This document shows positions 6,947-15,911 of a stretch of DNA of 64,000 bases, piece after piece. Each line of letters starts with the position of its first letter. Position 1 is the first letter of the stretch. Under the pieces are notes generated by a model that was given only the letters and a program-made list of their open reading frames with translations, did not search any database and was not told the origin of the DNA. This DNA comes from Pseudomonadota bacterium (lineage in GTDB: Archaea; Thermoplasmatota; SW-10-69-26; JACQPN01; JAJPHT01). The DNA lies in the NCBI GenBank assembly GCA_021325135.1, contig JAJPHT010000015.1, positions 1 through 64,000 on the forward strand. Direction: 5' to 3'. Made by a program: the position numbers and the translations under genes.

Positions 6947-9900
6947 CTACTTGGGCGTTGCGGGGCCGAGACGGTAGCCCTGCGCGGCCCCTTCGCCCTC
7001 GCTGCGGACCAGGCCCCGGCGCTCCATCGCCTTGAGGTGGTAGCGCGCAAGCTGCCGGCTGACGCCCAGGCGCCGCGCGACCTCCGCCGGGCCCAGGCCG
7101 GGCTCCTGCCGCAGCAGCGCCGTGACCTGCGCGGCGACGTCCCCTTCGGGGGGCCCCGGGGGCTTGGCGCCCGTGACGTAGTAGCGGCGGCTGGTCCACT
7201 CCACGTGCGAGCTGACGTAGCCTTCGCGCTCCAGCACGCGCAGGTGGAACACGAGCACGCCGTTGGCGAGGCCCAAGGCCTGCCGAAGCTCCTCGAAGCG
7301 CAGGCCCGGGTGGCGCGCAACGTGGTCGTGCACGCCCTGGCGGACCTCGTGCTGGAGGACGTCCTGCTTCACGAGGCGCGTGTAGAGCGGGAGCGTCGCC
7401 GCCGCGCCCGCGATCCGGCCCGCGTCGGTGCGGGCGAACGCGACGATCCCCGCGCCGGCCACAAGGGCGCCCCCCGCGGCCAGCCCCACCATGGCGAGGC
7501 TCAGGCCCCCGCCCTGCCCGCCGCCGGGGGGCGGCGTGGGCGGCGCGGGGGAGGCGGCCGCGACGCGCACCGGCACGGGGACGCCCACGACGAGGCTGTC
7601 GTCGGACCCGTCGTGCAGGTCGAAACGCAGCGTGAGGTTCGTGCCCGGGAGCGCCTGCGCGCCCGCGCGCACGAGGAGGTGGACCGGTGTGGCCACACCG
7701 GTGGGCAGGGCGCGCCCTTCGGCGTCCTCGCTGCTGGCGCCCACCTGGTCCTGCGTGCCCGCGACGCGCGGCAGACCCAGCGTGAGGGCGCTGCCGTGGT
7801 TCGTCAGCGTGACGGTGACGTTGACCACGCCGCCTGGCGGCACGAGCGCGACCGCGGGGAAGACCGTCACGTCGACGCGCGGCGCATCGGGGGCCGCGGC
7901 CGTGACGGCGGTGGGCGTGACCGCCACGGGGGTCGTCGCGACGGGCGGCGCCTCCTGCGGCGCGACGACGAGGATGGTGGTGTTGGTCCCCGTGCCGTTG
8001 GGGAGCGTGAAGCCCACGAGCTTGGGGCCCGGCGTGTCGAAGGCCACCTGGCGCGTGAGCGTCTGCGAGCCGCCCGGCGCGACGTCCACGGGGACGACGA
8101 GGTCGGCCAGCCCCGAGGCGTACATCGTGACGTTGGCGTGCAGGTCGGCGACGAGCCTGCTGGAGAGGTCCGCGCTCACGGCGATGGTCTGGCCGACGGA
8201 GGCCGTGGCCGGCGCGCGCACCTCGCTCCACGACACGAGGGGCGGGATTGTCTGGGGCACCGACACGTGGACCGTCCGCGCGAGGGAGGTGCCGCCGTTC
8301 TCGACGAAGCGAAGCTCCACGTCCCCCTCGCGGCCGAAGTGGACGCTCTGACTGAGCGTCCCGTTCCCCAGGGGCCCCAGCGTGACGTTGGTCTCGTTGA
8401 GGGCCTTGCCGTCCTGGAGGAACGCGATGCTCGCCGAGACGTCCTGCGTCCAGTCGTTGCGCAATTCCACGGTGACGGTCGTGTCGTCGCCCACGACCGC
8501 GTCCGTGGGCGCCGTCATGTTGGCGAGGCGAAGCTCGACGGGGGCGGAGAGGACGCCGACGGATCTCACCGGGGTCTGGGGGGCGAAGGGCGCGACGGTC
8601 CACAGCTCGACGCCCGAGTCGTCCATCTCCTCCGCCAGGAAGACGGGGTTCCCGTTGGGCATGACGACCGCGGAGGAGGTCCACGAGGTCGGGCGCTGGA
8701 AGGACTCGTCCCACTGGTAGGGCAGCGCGACGGAGGAGCCGTCGCCCATCGCCTCCTGCCAGCGCGTCCTCTGGTTCACGATGTTGGGGAAGAGCCAGAC
8801 GCGCCCCGCGCCCGCCGCGACGGCCAGGGTGTCGGCGTCCTGGTCGTCGCCGTTGACGCGCCGCGCCTCCCGGACCTGCCCCGTGGAGTTCAGCCTGACG
8901 TACCATCCGTCCTGGCTGCCGTAGCCGGTGACGTTCCGCGCCGCGGCGAAGACCGCGTGGATGGTGCCGTCATCGCCCACGACGGGCTCGCCCGCGAGGC
9001 GGTCGCCGATGTCGTCGCGCGATCGCACCGCGGACACCTCGGCGGGCGTCGTCCACGTGCGCCCTCCGTCGTCGGATCGCGCAAGGGAGGGCGCGCTGCC
9101 CGTCCCGACGTCGAAGAGGAGCATCGCGACCGTGCTGCCGCGCGCGCCCAGGTGGAGCGACGTGCCGCGGCCGTAGACGAAGCTCGCGAGGTTGGTGCCC
9201 GACCCGTCCTGCGAGAGGCGGTCGACCGAGACGTCGCTGCCCACGAGGCGGGCCACGAGGGCCGACCCGTCGTGCAGGACCGTCATGCTGCCGTACTGGT
9301 AGGCGGCGAGCCCCGCGGCGTCGGGCACGTCCTCGGAGGAGGCCGCGCGGGTGGCGGTGTCCAGCTGCGCGAGGCGCCAGGGCGTGGCGTTCCCGAAGGC
9401 GCGGTAGGCGAAGCCCACGCGCCCGTCGTCCAGCTCCGCCATGGCCCAGCCGCCCGGGCCGTCCGCGGGCGTCAGCGTCTGCGGCGGGCCCCAGGTGAAC
9501 CCGTTGTCGTGGGAGACCTCGACGGTGAGCGCGTGGCCCTCGATCCAGCCCAGCACGAGGTCGCCGGACCGCGTGGCCAGGAGCCGCGGCATGGCCTCGT
9601 TCACGTCGCTGGCGTGCGCGGCGGCGGTCGCCTTGGCGGACGTGGAGTCGCCGACCCAGGTGGGGAAGACGGTGGCGTTCTGCCTTGCGCCGCCCGACGT
9701 GACCGAGACGGAGAGGACCGCGTCGGCGCGCAGCGACTCGACGGAGAAGCCGTTGTCGCCCGGCTGGAGGGTGAGGTTCGCCATGCGGTCGTTGACGCGC
9801 CCCAGGACGCGATCGTCGTGGGACACCTCCAGCACGGCCGTCGCCGGACGGTCCGAGGTCACGTTGAGGTGGAGCGCCGTCCCCTCGCGGTCGATCCGCA

Positions 9901-9988
9901 GGCCGAGGACCGGGTCCGCCCCCAGGGCCGGAGGCGCGACGCCCACCAGGAGGAGGGCAAGAAGGATGCCGGGGACGACGCGGCGCAT
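6947..9988 (-). CDS. Membrane-anchored protein: signal peptide, BNR/Asp-box propeller, CARDB/Ig-like domains, TM, tandem winged HTH
   Basis: MRRVVPGILLALLL signal; Asp boxes SHDNGFTW and SDDGGRTW; TM LAMVGLAAGGALVAGAGIVAF; C-terminal HPGLRFEELRQALGLANGVLVFHL and EPGLGPAEVARRLGVSRQLARYHL. Confidence 0.82.
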   Translation of the reverse strand: MRRVVPGILLALLLVGVAPPALGADPVLGLRIDREGTALHLNVTSDRPATAVLEVSHDDRVLGRVNDRMANLTLQPGDNGFSVESLRADAVLSVSVTSGGARQNATVFPTWVGDSTSAKATAAAHASDVNEAMPRLLATRSGDLVLGWIEGHALTVEVSHDNGFTWGPPQTLTPADGPGGWAMAELDDGRVGFAYRAFGNATPWRLAQLDTATRAASSEDVPDAAGLAAYQYGSMTVLHDGSALVARLVGSDVSVDRLSQDGSGTNLASFVYGRGTSLHLGARGSTVAMLLFDVGTGSAPSLARSDDGGRTWTTPAEVSAVRSRDDIGDRLAGEPVVGDDGTIHAVFAAARNVTGYGSQDGWYVRLNSTGQVREARRVNGDDQDADTLAVAAGAGRVWLFPNIVNQRTRWQEAMGDGSSVALPYQWDESFQRPTSWTSSAVVMPNGNPVFLAEEMDDSGVELWTVAPFAPQTPVRSVGVLSAPVELRLANMTAPTDAVVGDDTTVTVELRNDWTQDVSASIAFLQDGKALNETNVTLGPLGNGTLSQSVHFGREGDVELRFVENGGTSLARTVHVSVPQTIPPLVSWSEVRAPATASVGQTIAVSADLSSRLVADLHANVTMYASGLADLVVPVDVAPGGSQTLTRQVAFDTPGPKLVGFTLPNGTGTNTTILVVAPQEAPPVATTPVAVTPTAVTAAAPDAPRVDVTVFPAVALVPPGGVVNVTVTLTNHGSALTLGLPRVAGTQDQVGASSEDAEGRALPTGVATPVHLLVRAGAQALPGTNLTLRFDLHDGSDDSLVVGVPVPVRVAAASPAPPTPPPGGGQGGGLSLAMVGLAAGGALVAGAGIVAFARTDAGRIAGAAATLPLYTRLVKQDVLQHEVRQGVHDHVARHPGLRFEELRQALGLANGVLVFHLRVLEREGYVSSHVEWTSRRYYVTGAKPPGPPEGDVAAQVTALLRQEPGLGPAEVARRLGVSRQLARYHLKAMERRGLVRSEGEGAAQGYRLGPATPK

Positions 9989-10063
9989 GGGCAAGCGGGC
10001 AGCCTCCGGGCGGGACTTGAGCCCAGTGGAGGGGTTTTGTCGGGGACGCCCCACCGGCAGGGG

Positions 10064-10396
10064 TTACACGTCCGGCTCGTCGTCGGCCGCGGCCTTCTTC
10101 GAGGCCTTCTTGGCGGGGGCCGCCGCGCTCGCGGCGCCCTTCTGCTTCTCGGCCTCGCTGATGTCCCACGCCTTCAGCGCGTCGGCGAGCTGGTTGATGA
10201 CGGCGCGGTCGATGGGTAGGGTGCAGCCCCCCTTCTTGTAGCGGGGCTCGCCGTCGCTGCCGTAGAAGCCGCGGGCGAGGCGCAGGTAGGGCGTCGCGCG
10301 GTTGCCGTCCTTGACGAGGTTGATGGAGAGCTCCAGGAACTCGCCGCCGTTGTTGAACTCGACGCGTTCGTTGGAGAGCATCTCGAAGTCGGGCAT
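10064..10396 (-). CDS. Small soluble protein, possible PC4/PUR-like nucleic-acid-binding fold with a Lys/Ala tail
   Basis: Beta-rich YLRLARGFYGSDGEPRYKKGG followed by a helix; PAKKASKK tail. The fold is inferred. Confidence 0.6.
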   Translation of the reverse strand: MPDFEMLSNERVEFNNGGEFLELSINLVKDGNRATPYLRLARGFYGSDGEPRYKKGGCTLPIDRAVINQLADALKAWDISEAEKQKGAASAAAPAKKASKKAAADDEPDV

Positions 10397-10482
10397 GGGG
10401 CGGGCGAGGGGGGCGGCCGCTTAAGGGCTTTCCGGGTCCGCGCAGCGCAAGCGTGATGGCCCCTCCCCCGGCTGCGCGCCTC

Positions 10483-11619
10483 ATGTCCTTCCTCTCGCAC
10501 CTGGAGTGCGGCAAGTGCGGCGAGCGCCACGACGCGGACGCGCCGCAGAACCTCTGCCGCAAGTGCGGCAAGCCCCTCCTGGCGCGCTACGACCTGGAGG
10601 CCGCCCGCGAGACCGTCACGCGCGCGACGTTCGAGAAGGGCCTGGACACCCTGTGGCGCTTCGCGCCCCTGCTGCCCGTGCGCGACCCGCGCCACGTCGT
10701 CTCGCTGGGCGAGGGCATGACGCCTTTGCTATCAGGCGGGCGGCTGGGCCTTCCGGGCCTCCTCGTCAAGGACGAGACGGGGAACCCCACGGGATCGTTC
10801 AAGGCGCGCGGCATGAGCGCCGCCGTCTCGCGCGCGACCGAGCTTGGCATCCGCCGCTTCGCCGTCCCCAGCGCGGGCAACGCGGGCGCGGCGCTGGCGG
10901 CCTACGCGGCGCGGGCGGGCGCGACCGCGGACGTGTACCTGCCCGCCGACACGCCCGCGCCCATCTGGCGCGAGTGCGAGGCCGCGGGCGCCACGGTCCA
11001 CGCGGTGAAGGGGCTCATCACCGACGCGGCGAAGGAGGTGCAGGCGCGCAAGGACGTCTTCGACGTGAGCACGCTGCGCGAGCCCTACCGCATCGAGGGC
11101 AAGAAGACCATGGGCTACGAGCTGGCGATGCAGATGGGCTGGACGCTGCCCGACGTTATCGTGTACCCCACCGGAGGCGGCACGGGGCTCGTGGGCATGT
11201 GGAAGGCGTTCGACGAGATGGAGCGGCTCGGCCTCATCGGCTCCGCGCGGCCGCGCATGGTGAGCGTGCAGAGCGAGGGCTGCGCGCCCATCGTGCGCGC
11301 GTTCACCTCTGGCGCCGAGCACGCGGAGCCGTGGGAGAATGCCTCCACCAAGGCATGGGGCCTGCGCGTGCCGCGGGCCATCGGCGACTTCCTGATCCTG
11401 CGCGCGATCCGCGAGAGCAAGGGCGCCGCCCTCGCGGTGAGCGAGGGCGCCATCGCCGAGGCCAAGCGCGCCTTCGCCCGCGACGCGGGCATGCTCGTCT
11501 CGGAGGAGAGCGCCGCGACCCTCGCCGCCGTCCGCGCGATGCGCGACTCGGGCGACCTGCGCGGCGGCGAGCGCGTCGTCCTCTTCGCCACCGGCGCGGC
11601 GTGGCCCTACGGCCTGTGA
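10483..11619 (+). CDS. thrC: Threonine synthase (PLP-dependent)
   Basis: N-terminal CxxC..CxxC, LGEGMTPL, NPTGSFKARG, SAGNAG, EGKKT, PTGGG. Confidence 0.92.
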   Translation: MSFLSHLECGKCGERHDADAPQNLCRKCGKPLLARYDLEAARETVTRATFEKGLDTLWRFAPLLPVRDPRHVVSLGEGMTPLLSGGRLGLPGLLVKDETGNPTGSFKARGMSAAVSRATELGIRRFAVPSAGNAGAALAAYAARAGATADVYLPADTPAPIWRECEAAGATVHAVKGLITDAAKEVQARKDVFDVSTLREPYRIEGKKTMGYELAMQMGWTLPDVIVYPTGGGTGLVGMWKAFDEMERLGLIGSARPRMVSVQSEGCAPIVRAFTSGAEHAEPWENASTKAWGLRVPRAIGDFLILRAIRESKGAALAVSEGAIAEAKRAFARDAGMLVSEESAATLAAVRAMRDSGDLRGGERVVLFATGAAWPYGL

Positions 11620-11670
11620 CGGGCTGCCGCGCGCGCAACCGCCAAATACCGCCCCGCCCGTGGCCGCGGC

Positions 11671-12426
11671 ATGGAGCTCACCCGCCTGCCCGAGATCCCG
11701 TACGACGACGCGCGACGGCTCCAGGACGCGGGCGCGCCCACCGTCGCCGCGCTCGCGTCCGCGAAGGACGTCGCCGCGCTGGCCCACCGCGCCGGCCTCG
11801 GCGTGGAGGCGGTCGAAGGATATCGCGCCGCCGCGCGCACGCACGTCGAGCGCCTCATGTCCCGCGCGGGCGTGCAGAGCGAGGCCGACCTCGCCGCGGC
11901 CGACCCGCACGCGCTCGCGCAGTCCACGGGCCTCCCCCTCGCGGAGGTGGAGGAGTTCCAGCGCGCCGCGCACGCGGCGCTGGGCCACGTCGCGCCCACC
12001 ACCGCGCAGACGCACCCCGCCCTCGCGGAGCCGGAGACGCGCCGCATCGAGGTTCAGGGTCCGCCGCCCGAGGCCGGCGCGGACCGCATCGTGCTCGCGG
12101 ACGGCGCGCCCACCGCGCGCCTCGTGGTGGGCGGCCGCGTGCTGGAGGCGGTCCCCATCGTGACCGGGCGCTTCGTGGAGGACGCGGACGCGGCCCTCGC
12201 CCGGGCGGGCGAGCACGGCGTCTTCCTCACGGTGGGCGCCAGCGACGCCATCGCGCGCGTCGAAGGCCAGACGACCGTGGGCCTGCCCATCTTCAAGCTC
12301 CGCGCCGAAGGCGGCGAGCAGCGCGTCCGCATCAAGGACATCCGCGAGAAGGGCGCCCCCGCCGCGCCCGCGCCGGAGGCCCCTCCAGCCAAGAAGGGCC
12401 TCCTCGGGCGCTTCATGAAGCGCTGA
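11671..12426 (+). CDS. Helix-hairpin-helix repeat protein (DUF4332-like)
   Basis: LTRLPEI...RLQDAG..TV..LA repeated twice, plus a C-terminal beta domain. Confidence 0.65.
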   Translation: MELTRLPEIPYDDARRLQDAGAPTVAALASAKDVAALAHRAGLGVEAVEGYRAAARTHVERLMSRAGVQSEADLAAADPHALAQSTGLPLAEVEEFQRAAHAALGHVAPTTAQTHPALAEPETRRIEVQGPPPEAGADRIVLADGAPTARLVVGGRVLEAVPIVTGRFVEDADAALARAGEHGVFLTVGASDAIARVEGQTTVGLPIFKLRAEGGEQRVRIKDIREKGAPAAPAPEAPPAKKGLLGRFMKR

Positions 12427-12480
12427 GCGTTCGTCGATCGTCGCGCAACCGCTATCTCCGGCGCGCACCCAACGGCCGGC

Positions 12481-12834
12481 ATGGATCTCACGGCGATCCC
12501 TGGCGTGGGCGTTGCGTACCGCGACCGCTTGAAGCAGGCGGGCATCCGGGACGTCGCCGACCTGGCCCGCGCGCCTGACTTGTCAAGCCTCTCCGAGTGG
12601 AGCGACATCCCGCCGGCGCGCCTCGCCACCTTCCAGGCCCACGCGCTGCGCCTCCTGGACCGCACGCCCGCGGACGACGACGCGGACCTGGGGATCGTCC
12701 TCGACGCGCCGCCCCGCCGCCTGAGGCACGTCCCCCTGGTCGTGCTGCGCAAGGCGGGCATCCGCGTCGTGGCCGCCGTGGGCGCGCTGGGGGCGACGCT
12801 GAGACCGGGGCAGAAGGAGAAGAAAGCGGCCTAG
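12481..12834 (+). CDS. Helix-hairpin-helix protein (DUF4332-like)
   Basis: DLTAIPGVGVAYRDRLKQAGIRDVADLA. Confidence 0.75.
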   Translation: MDLTAIPGVGVAYRDRLKQAGIRDVADLARAPDLSSLSEWSDIPPARLATFQAHALRLLDRTPADDDADLGIVLDAPPRRLRHVPLVVLRKAGIRVVAAVGALGATLRPGQKEKKAA

Positions 12835-12836
12835 GC

Positions 12837-13502
12837 TCAGATCAGGTTGAGCGCGTTCTCGATGCGGTTCAGCTCGGGGCCCGTGGTGAGCGTGCCCACG
12901 GCGGCGCCGAAGGAGTTCGCAAGGAGACCCGCGCCGATGAAGGGCGCGCCGTGGTTCACGGTGCCGATGTCGGCCTCGACCTTGAGCAGGCCTTCGAGGA
13001 GGTCAAGCTCCTGGTCGTTGGCCTTGGGGTGGCAGAGGACGCCCTTCTGCGTGACGCACGCCGCGGAGCCCACGGTCTTGATCCCCGCCAGCGTGCCGCG
13101 CTCCACGGGGACGCCCAGCACGTCCGAGACCGACTTCTCGGCCTGCTTGGAGAAGTCGGGGTTGAGGAACGCGCCGTGGTCGTTGCAGAGGATGTTGTTG
13201 CCGGCCGCGTTGAACTTCCCCGCGACGCGGCCGACCTTGAGGCCGAGCTTCTCCAGCACCGCGATCTCGTCCTCACCGGCGAAGTCGGCGACGACGGCGC
13301 CGCGGCTGTTCATGGCCACGACGCTGCCGAGGATGTTGGAGCCGCCCAGGGTCATGGGGACGACGTCGACCTTCAGCGCCTCCTTGAGCTTGAGCTGGAG
13401 GTCCTCCGGAACGGACGGAGGCACGAGCGCCACGCGGTCGCTGGCGCGGCCGAACACCCCGACGTAGGGGCTGCCGTTGAGGTCAATCTGAACGAGGGGC
13501 AA
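12837..13502 (-). CDS. eif6: Translation initiation factor aIF6
   Basis: GSPYVGVF, AGNNILCND, GTVNHG, TTGPELNRIENAL; TTG start. Confidence 0.96.
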   Translation of the reverse strand: MPLVQIDLNGSPYVGVFGRASDRVALVPPSVPEDLQLKLKEALKVDVVPMTLGGSNILGSVVAMNSRGAVVADFAGEDEIAVLEKLGLKVGRVAGKFNAAGNNILCNDHGAFLNPDFSKQAEKSVSDVLGVPVERGTLAGIKTVGSAACVTQKGVLCHPKANDQELDLLEGLLKVEADIGTVNHGAPFIGAGLLANSFGAAVGTLTTGPELNRIENALNLI

Positions 13503-13523
13503 ACGGTCGACGTCCTGGAGGAC

Positions 13524-13787
13524 TCACGCTTCGGGCATGCTGACTTCGACGACGCCGTCGTCGAAGCGGATCGCCTTGACGCGGATGCGCCGGGGCGGCT
13601 TCTGGATCCCGCGGGACCAGACGGCTTCGTTGACGGGGTTGTCGATCCAGATCTTGTCCTCCTCGCTCTTCATGTGGCGCGCCAGGAAGATCTTGATCTC
13701 CTTGACGGCGCGGTTCGCGCGCTTGCCGCGGGGGGCGAGGGAGGCGTTGCGGAGGGGGATGGTGTAGATGCGCTCGAGTTCAGCCAT
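13524..13787 (-). CDS. rpl31e: 50S ribosomal protein L31e
   Basis: ERIYTIPLR...KRANRAV...NEAVWSRGIQKPP. Confidence 0.97.
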   Translation of the reverse strand: MAELERIYTIPLRNASLAPRGKRANRAVKEIKIFLARHMKSEEDKIWIDNPVNEAVWSRGIQKPPRRIRVKAIRFDDGVVEVSMPEA

Positions 13788-13792
13788 GGTGA

Positions 13793-13945
13793 TCAGCCCT
13801 TCTGCATGTGGCTGCGGCGCCAGTGGTGGCGCTTGGGGTGGTTGGTGAAGCGGCGGTTCGTGCGCTGCATGATCCAGGCAGGAACGCGCCGGTTGCGCTT
13901 GTTCGCTGCGGTGAGACGCAGCTTCTTGCCGAGGGACTTGGGCAT
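13793..13945 (-). CDS. rpl39e: 50S ribosomal protein L39e (missed by the ORF track)
   Basis: MPKSLGKKLRLTAANKRNRRVPAWIMQRTNRRFTNHPKRHHWRRSHMQKG; alternative in-frame ATG at 13954. Confidence 0.96.
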   Translation of the reverse strand: MPKSLGKKLRLTAANKRNRRVPAWIMQRTNRRFTNHPKRHHWRRSHMQKG

Positions 13946-13950
13946 GAGAT

Positions 13951-14283
13951 TCATCTCCGTTCGATGGTGGTGTCGCGTTGCTTGGGAGCGACCCGCGCCA
14001 GGAGCTGGCGAAGGGTCTCGTCGTCGATGCGGCGTTGGACGCGCCCCTGCTGGTAGAGCATGACCAGCTGCTGCTCGAGGCTCTCGGCGACGTCCGGGCG
14101 CGCCATGCGCACCCGGGTGAGGCGCTCGCGGGCTTCGGGCTCGAGGATCGCGCGCAGGATCACGTCCCGCTGCGCGGCCTGCTCGGCGCGGGCCGCTTGC
14201 GCCTGCTGCTCGCCCGCGGCCTGCTGCTGCAGCTCCGCGAGCTTGCGTCGGCGAAGTTCTTCGAGCTGGGCGTCGTCGTCCAT
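13951..14283 (-). CDS. PDCD5-family DNA-binding protein
   Basis: LEELRRRKLAEL...ILEPEARERL..RP...IDDETL; canonical position after rps19e. Confidence 0.94.
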   Translation of the reverse strand: MDDDAQLEELRRRKLAELQQQAAGEQQAQAARAEQAAQRDVILRAILEPEARERLTRVRMARPDVAESLEQQLVMLYQQGRVQRRIDDETLRQLLARVAPKQRDTTIERR

Positions 14284-14295
14284 GGTCTCATCGCG

Positions 14296-14748
14296 TTAGT
14301 ACTTGGCCAGGCCGGCGATCTGGGCCTGGACGGTCTGGCGGACCTCGTGGGCGCTGTTATCGAGGATGCTGCGGCCCTTGGCGGACACGCGGCGGCCCTC
14401 GCCCTTCACGTTCTCCACGAAGCCAGCGCGCTCGAGCTGCTGGAGGCACTCGCGGATCACGGAGCCGGAGCCCTTCTTGGCGCGGTTGGGCTTGCTGCCG
14501 CGGTCGCGGCTGCCGCCGAACTCGCTGCGAAGGCGCTCGGTGCCGATGGGGCCCATCACGTACACCTTGCGCAGCACCGCGGCGGCGCGGACGTGCCACC
14601 AGTCGGCCTCGACCGGGGGCTTCTCCGCGTGGATGCCGGTGGTGACGAAGGGGGCCCAGGCGGGAGGCACGATGGCCTTGTCGCCCTTGAGCTTGCCCGC
14701 GACGCTGCGGATGAGCGCCTCGGCGGGGACATCGTAGACGGTCGTCAT
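14296..14748 (-). CDS. rps19e: 30S ribosomal protein S19e
   Basis: MTTVYDVPA...PPAWAPFVTTG...WWHVRAAAVLRKVY...GSGSVIR..LQQLE. Confidence 0.97.
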   Translation of the reverse strand: MTTVYDVPAEALIRSVAGKLKGDKAIVPPAWAPFVTTGIHAEKPPVEADWWHVRAAAVLRKVYVMGPIGTERLRSEFGGSRDRGSKPNRAKKGSGSVIRECLQQLERAGFVENVKGEGRRVSAKGRSILDNSAHEVRQTVQAQIAGLAKY

Positions 14749-14890
14749 GGATCGGGACTCCTTGTCTCTCCCGTCAGGGGTCAGGGTGGGCCCGGAGGTC
14801 CAGCCCTGCCGCGTCACGCCTTGCGGCGCGACCGAGGAGCGATCTGGCGCTCCCGGGCGGGGATGCTGCGAAGCGCACGCCCCTATATAA
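14749..14890 (-). promoter_or_regulatory. TATA box plus structured 5' leader of the rps19e operon
   Basis: TTATATA at 14890-14884; hairpins ggagcg/cgctcc (14853-14836) and gtcgcgcc-GCAA-ggcgtgac (14832-14813); third stem cagggc..ccctg; AGGAG before the ATG. Confidence 0.6.
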
Positions 14891-14937
14891 GCCACGCGGC
14901 GCCGGGGGTGCGTTCCAAGGCGCCAGCGCGTTCGGCG

Positions 14938-15168
14938 CTATCGGCTTTCCAGGATGAGACGGTACATTCCCTCGCACGCTTCTTCCTCGGTCTCGAACTC
15001 GCCGAGGAGGGTCGCTTCACCTCGCTCCATGTATTGGACGAGCCACCGGCCGGTGTGCCGGGAGCGCCAGATCCGGAAGCCGTACTCCCGCCAACTCTCG
15101 TCCAAGGAATACCAGCTGGCGGGCACGCCGGCCGATTGCAGCAGCTCCGCCATACGAAGCCGGTTCAT
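14938..15168 (-). CDS. Small protein resembling polymorphic-toxin immunity proteins
   Basis: GVP...YSL...W.V.Y.ERG......F..EEEAC pattern recalled from genes next to TNT-type toxins; not verified. Confidence 0.5.
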   Translation of the reverse strand: MNRLRMAELLQSAGVPASWYSLDESWREYGFRIWRSRHTGRWLVQYMERGEATLLGEFETEEEACEGMYRLILESR

Positions 15169-15222
15169 GGCCTGTCTCCTGGTTCCGACAAATCCAACGC
15201 CCGCTTCAGCCTGTCCCCAGGA

Positions 15223-15789
15223 CTAGTTGCTCCCGGTCCCCGCGTCGCCCAGGGGGAACCGCGCGGGCTTGCGGCCGCTGGCGGGCTCGGCGTCCTCTCG
15301 GGCGAGCACCGAGACGGGGAGCCCCGCGTCGGCGCGGACCTCCAGCGCCTTGTGCATGGCGTCGAAGCTGCGGGCGAACGCGCGGGCCCTGGCGCCCTCG
15401 GCGGCCCGCTCCTGGAGCACGTCCTGGACCGCGGAGACGATCTCGGCGAGGCGCACCGGCTTGATGAAGCAGCGGTCGAGGCGCGCCTCGTTGACGCCGC
15501 GCTCGGCCAGGTGCGCGTCCGGGTAGGCGGTCATCATGAAGCGTGCGACCTGGGGGTGCAGGACCCGGACGCGCGCCAGGAGGTCGAGCCCCGTCATGCC
15601 CGGTATCTGGTAGTCGCTGAGGACGACGTCCACCTGCGCATGGTGCAGGACGCGAAGGGCCTCCTGGGAGCTGCCCGCCGTGAGGACCTCGATCCCGGCC
15701 CGGTGGAAGACGGCCTGGAGGACGTCGCGGATGGCGGGCTCGTCGTCGACGACGAGGACGACCGCCGGGGGAAGCGTCAAGGGCGGCAT
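15223..15789 (-). CDS. Response regulator receiver protein
   Basis: VLVVDDE, SDYQIPGMTG, MMTAY, FIKP. Confidence 0.9.
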   Translation of the reverse strand: MPPLTLPPAVVLVVDDEPAIRDVLQAVFHRAGIEVLTAGSSQEALRVLHHAQVDVVLSDYQIPGMTGLDLLARVRVLHPQVARFMMTAYPDAHLAERGVNEARLDRCFIKPVRLAEIVSAVQDVLQERAAEGARARAFARSFDAMHKALEVRADAGLPVSVLAREDAEPASGRKPARFPLGDAGTGSN

Positions 15790-15870
15790 GGGGAACCCCA
15801 GTCACCGTGGCGCGCGGGGGGTATTTGGGGGGCCGTCCGCCGCCCCGGGACGGACGCTGCGCTGGCCCGG

Positions 15871-15902
15871 AAAAAATGAGAAAAGGGGGGCCTCAGGCCC
15901 CC
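15871..15902 (-). terminator. Hairpin plus U-tract terminator after the cupredoxin gene
   Basis: Minus strand gggggcc-tga-ggccccc followed by cttttctcatttttt. Confidence 0.6.
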
Positions 15903-15911
15903 GAGGCTCGC

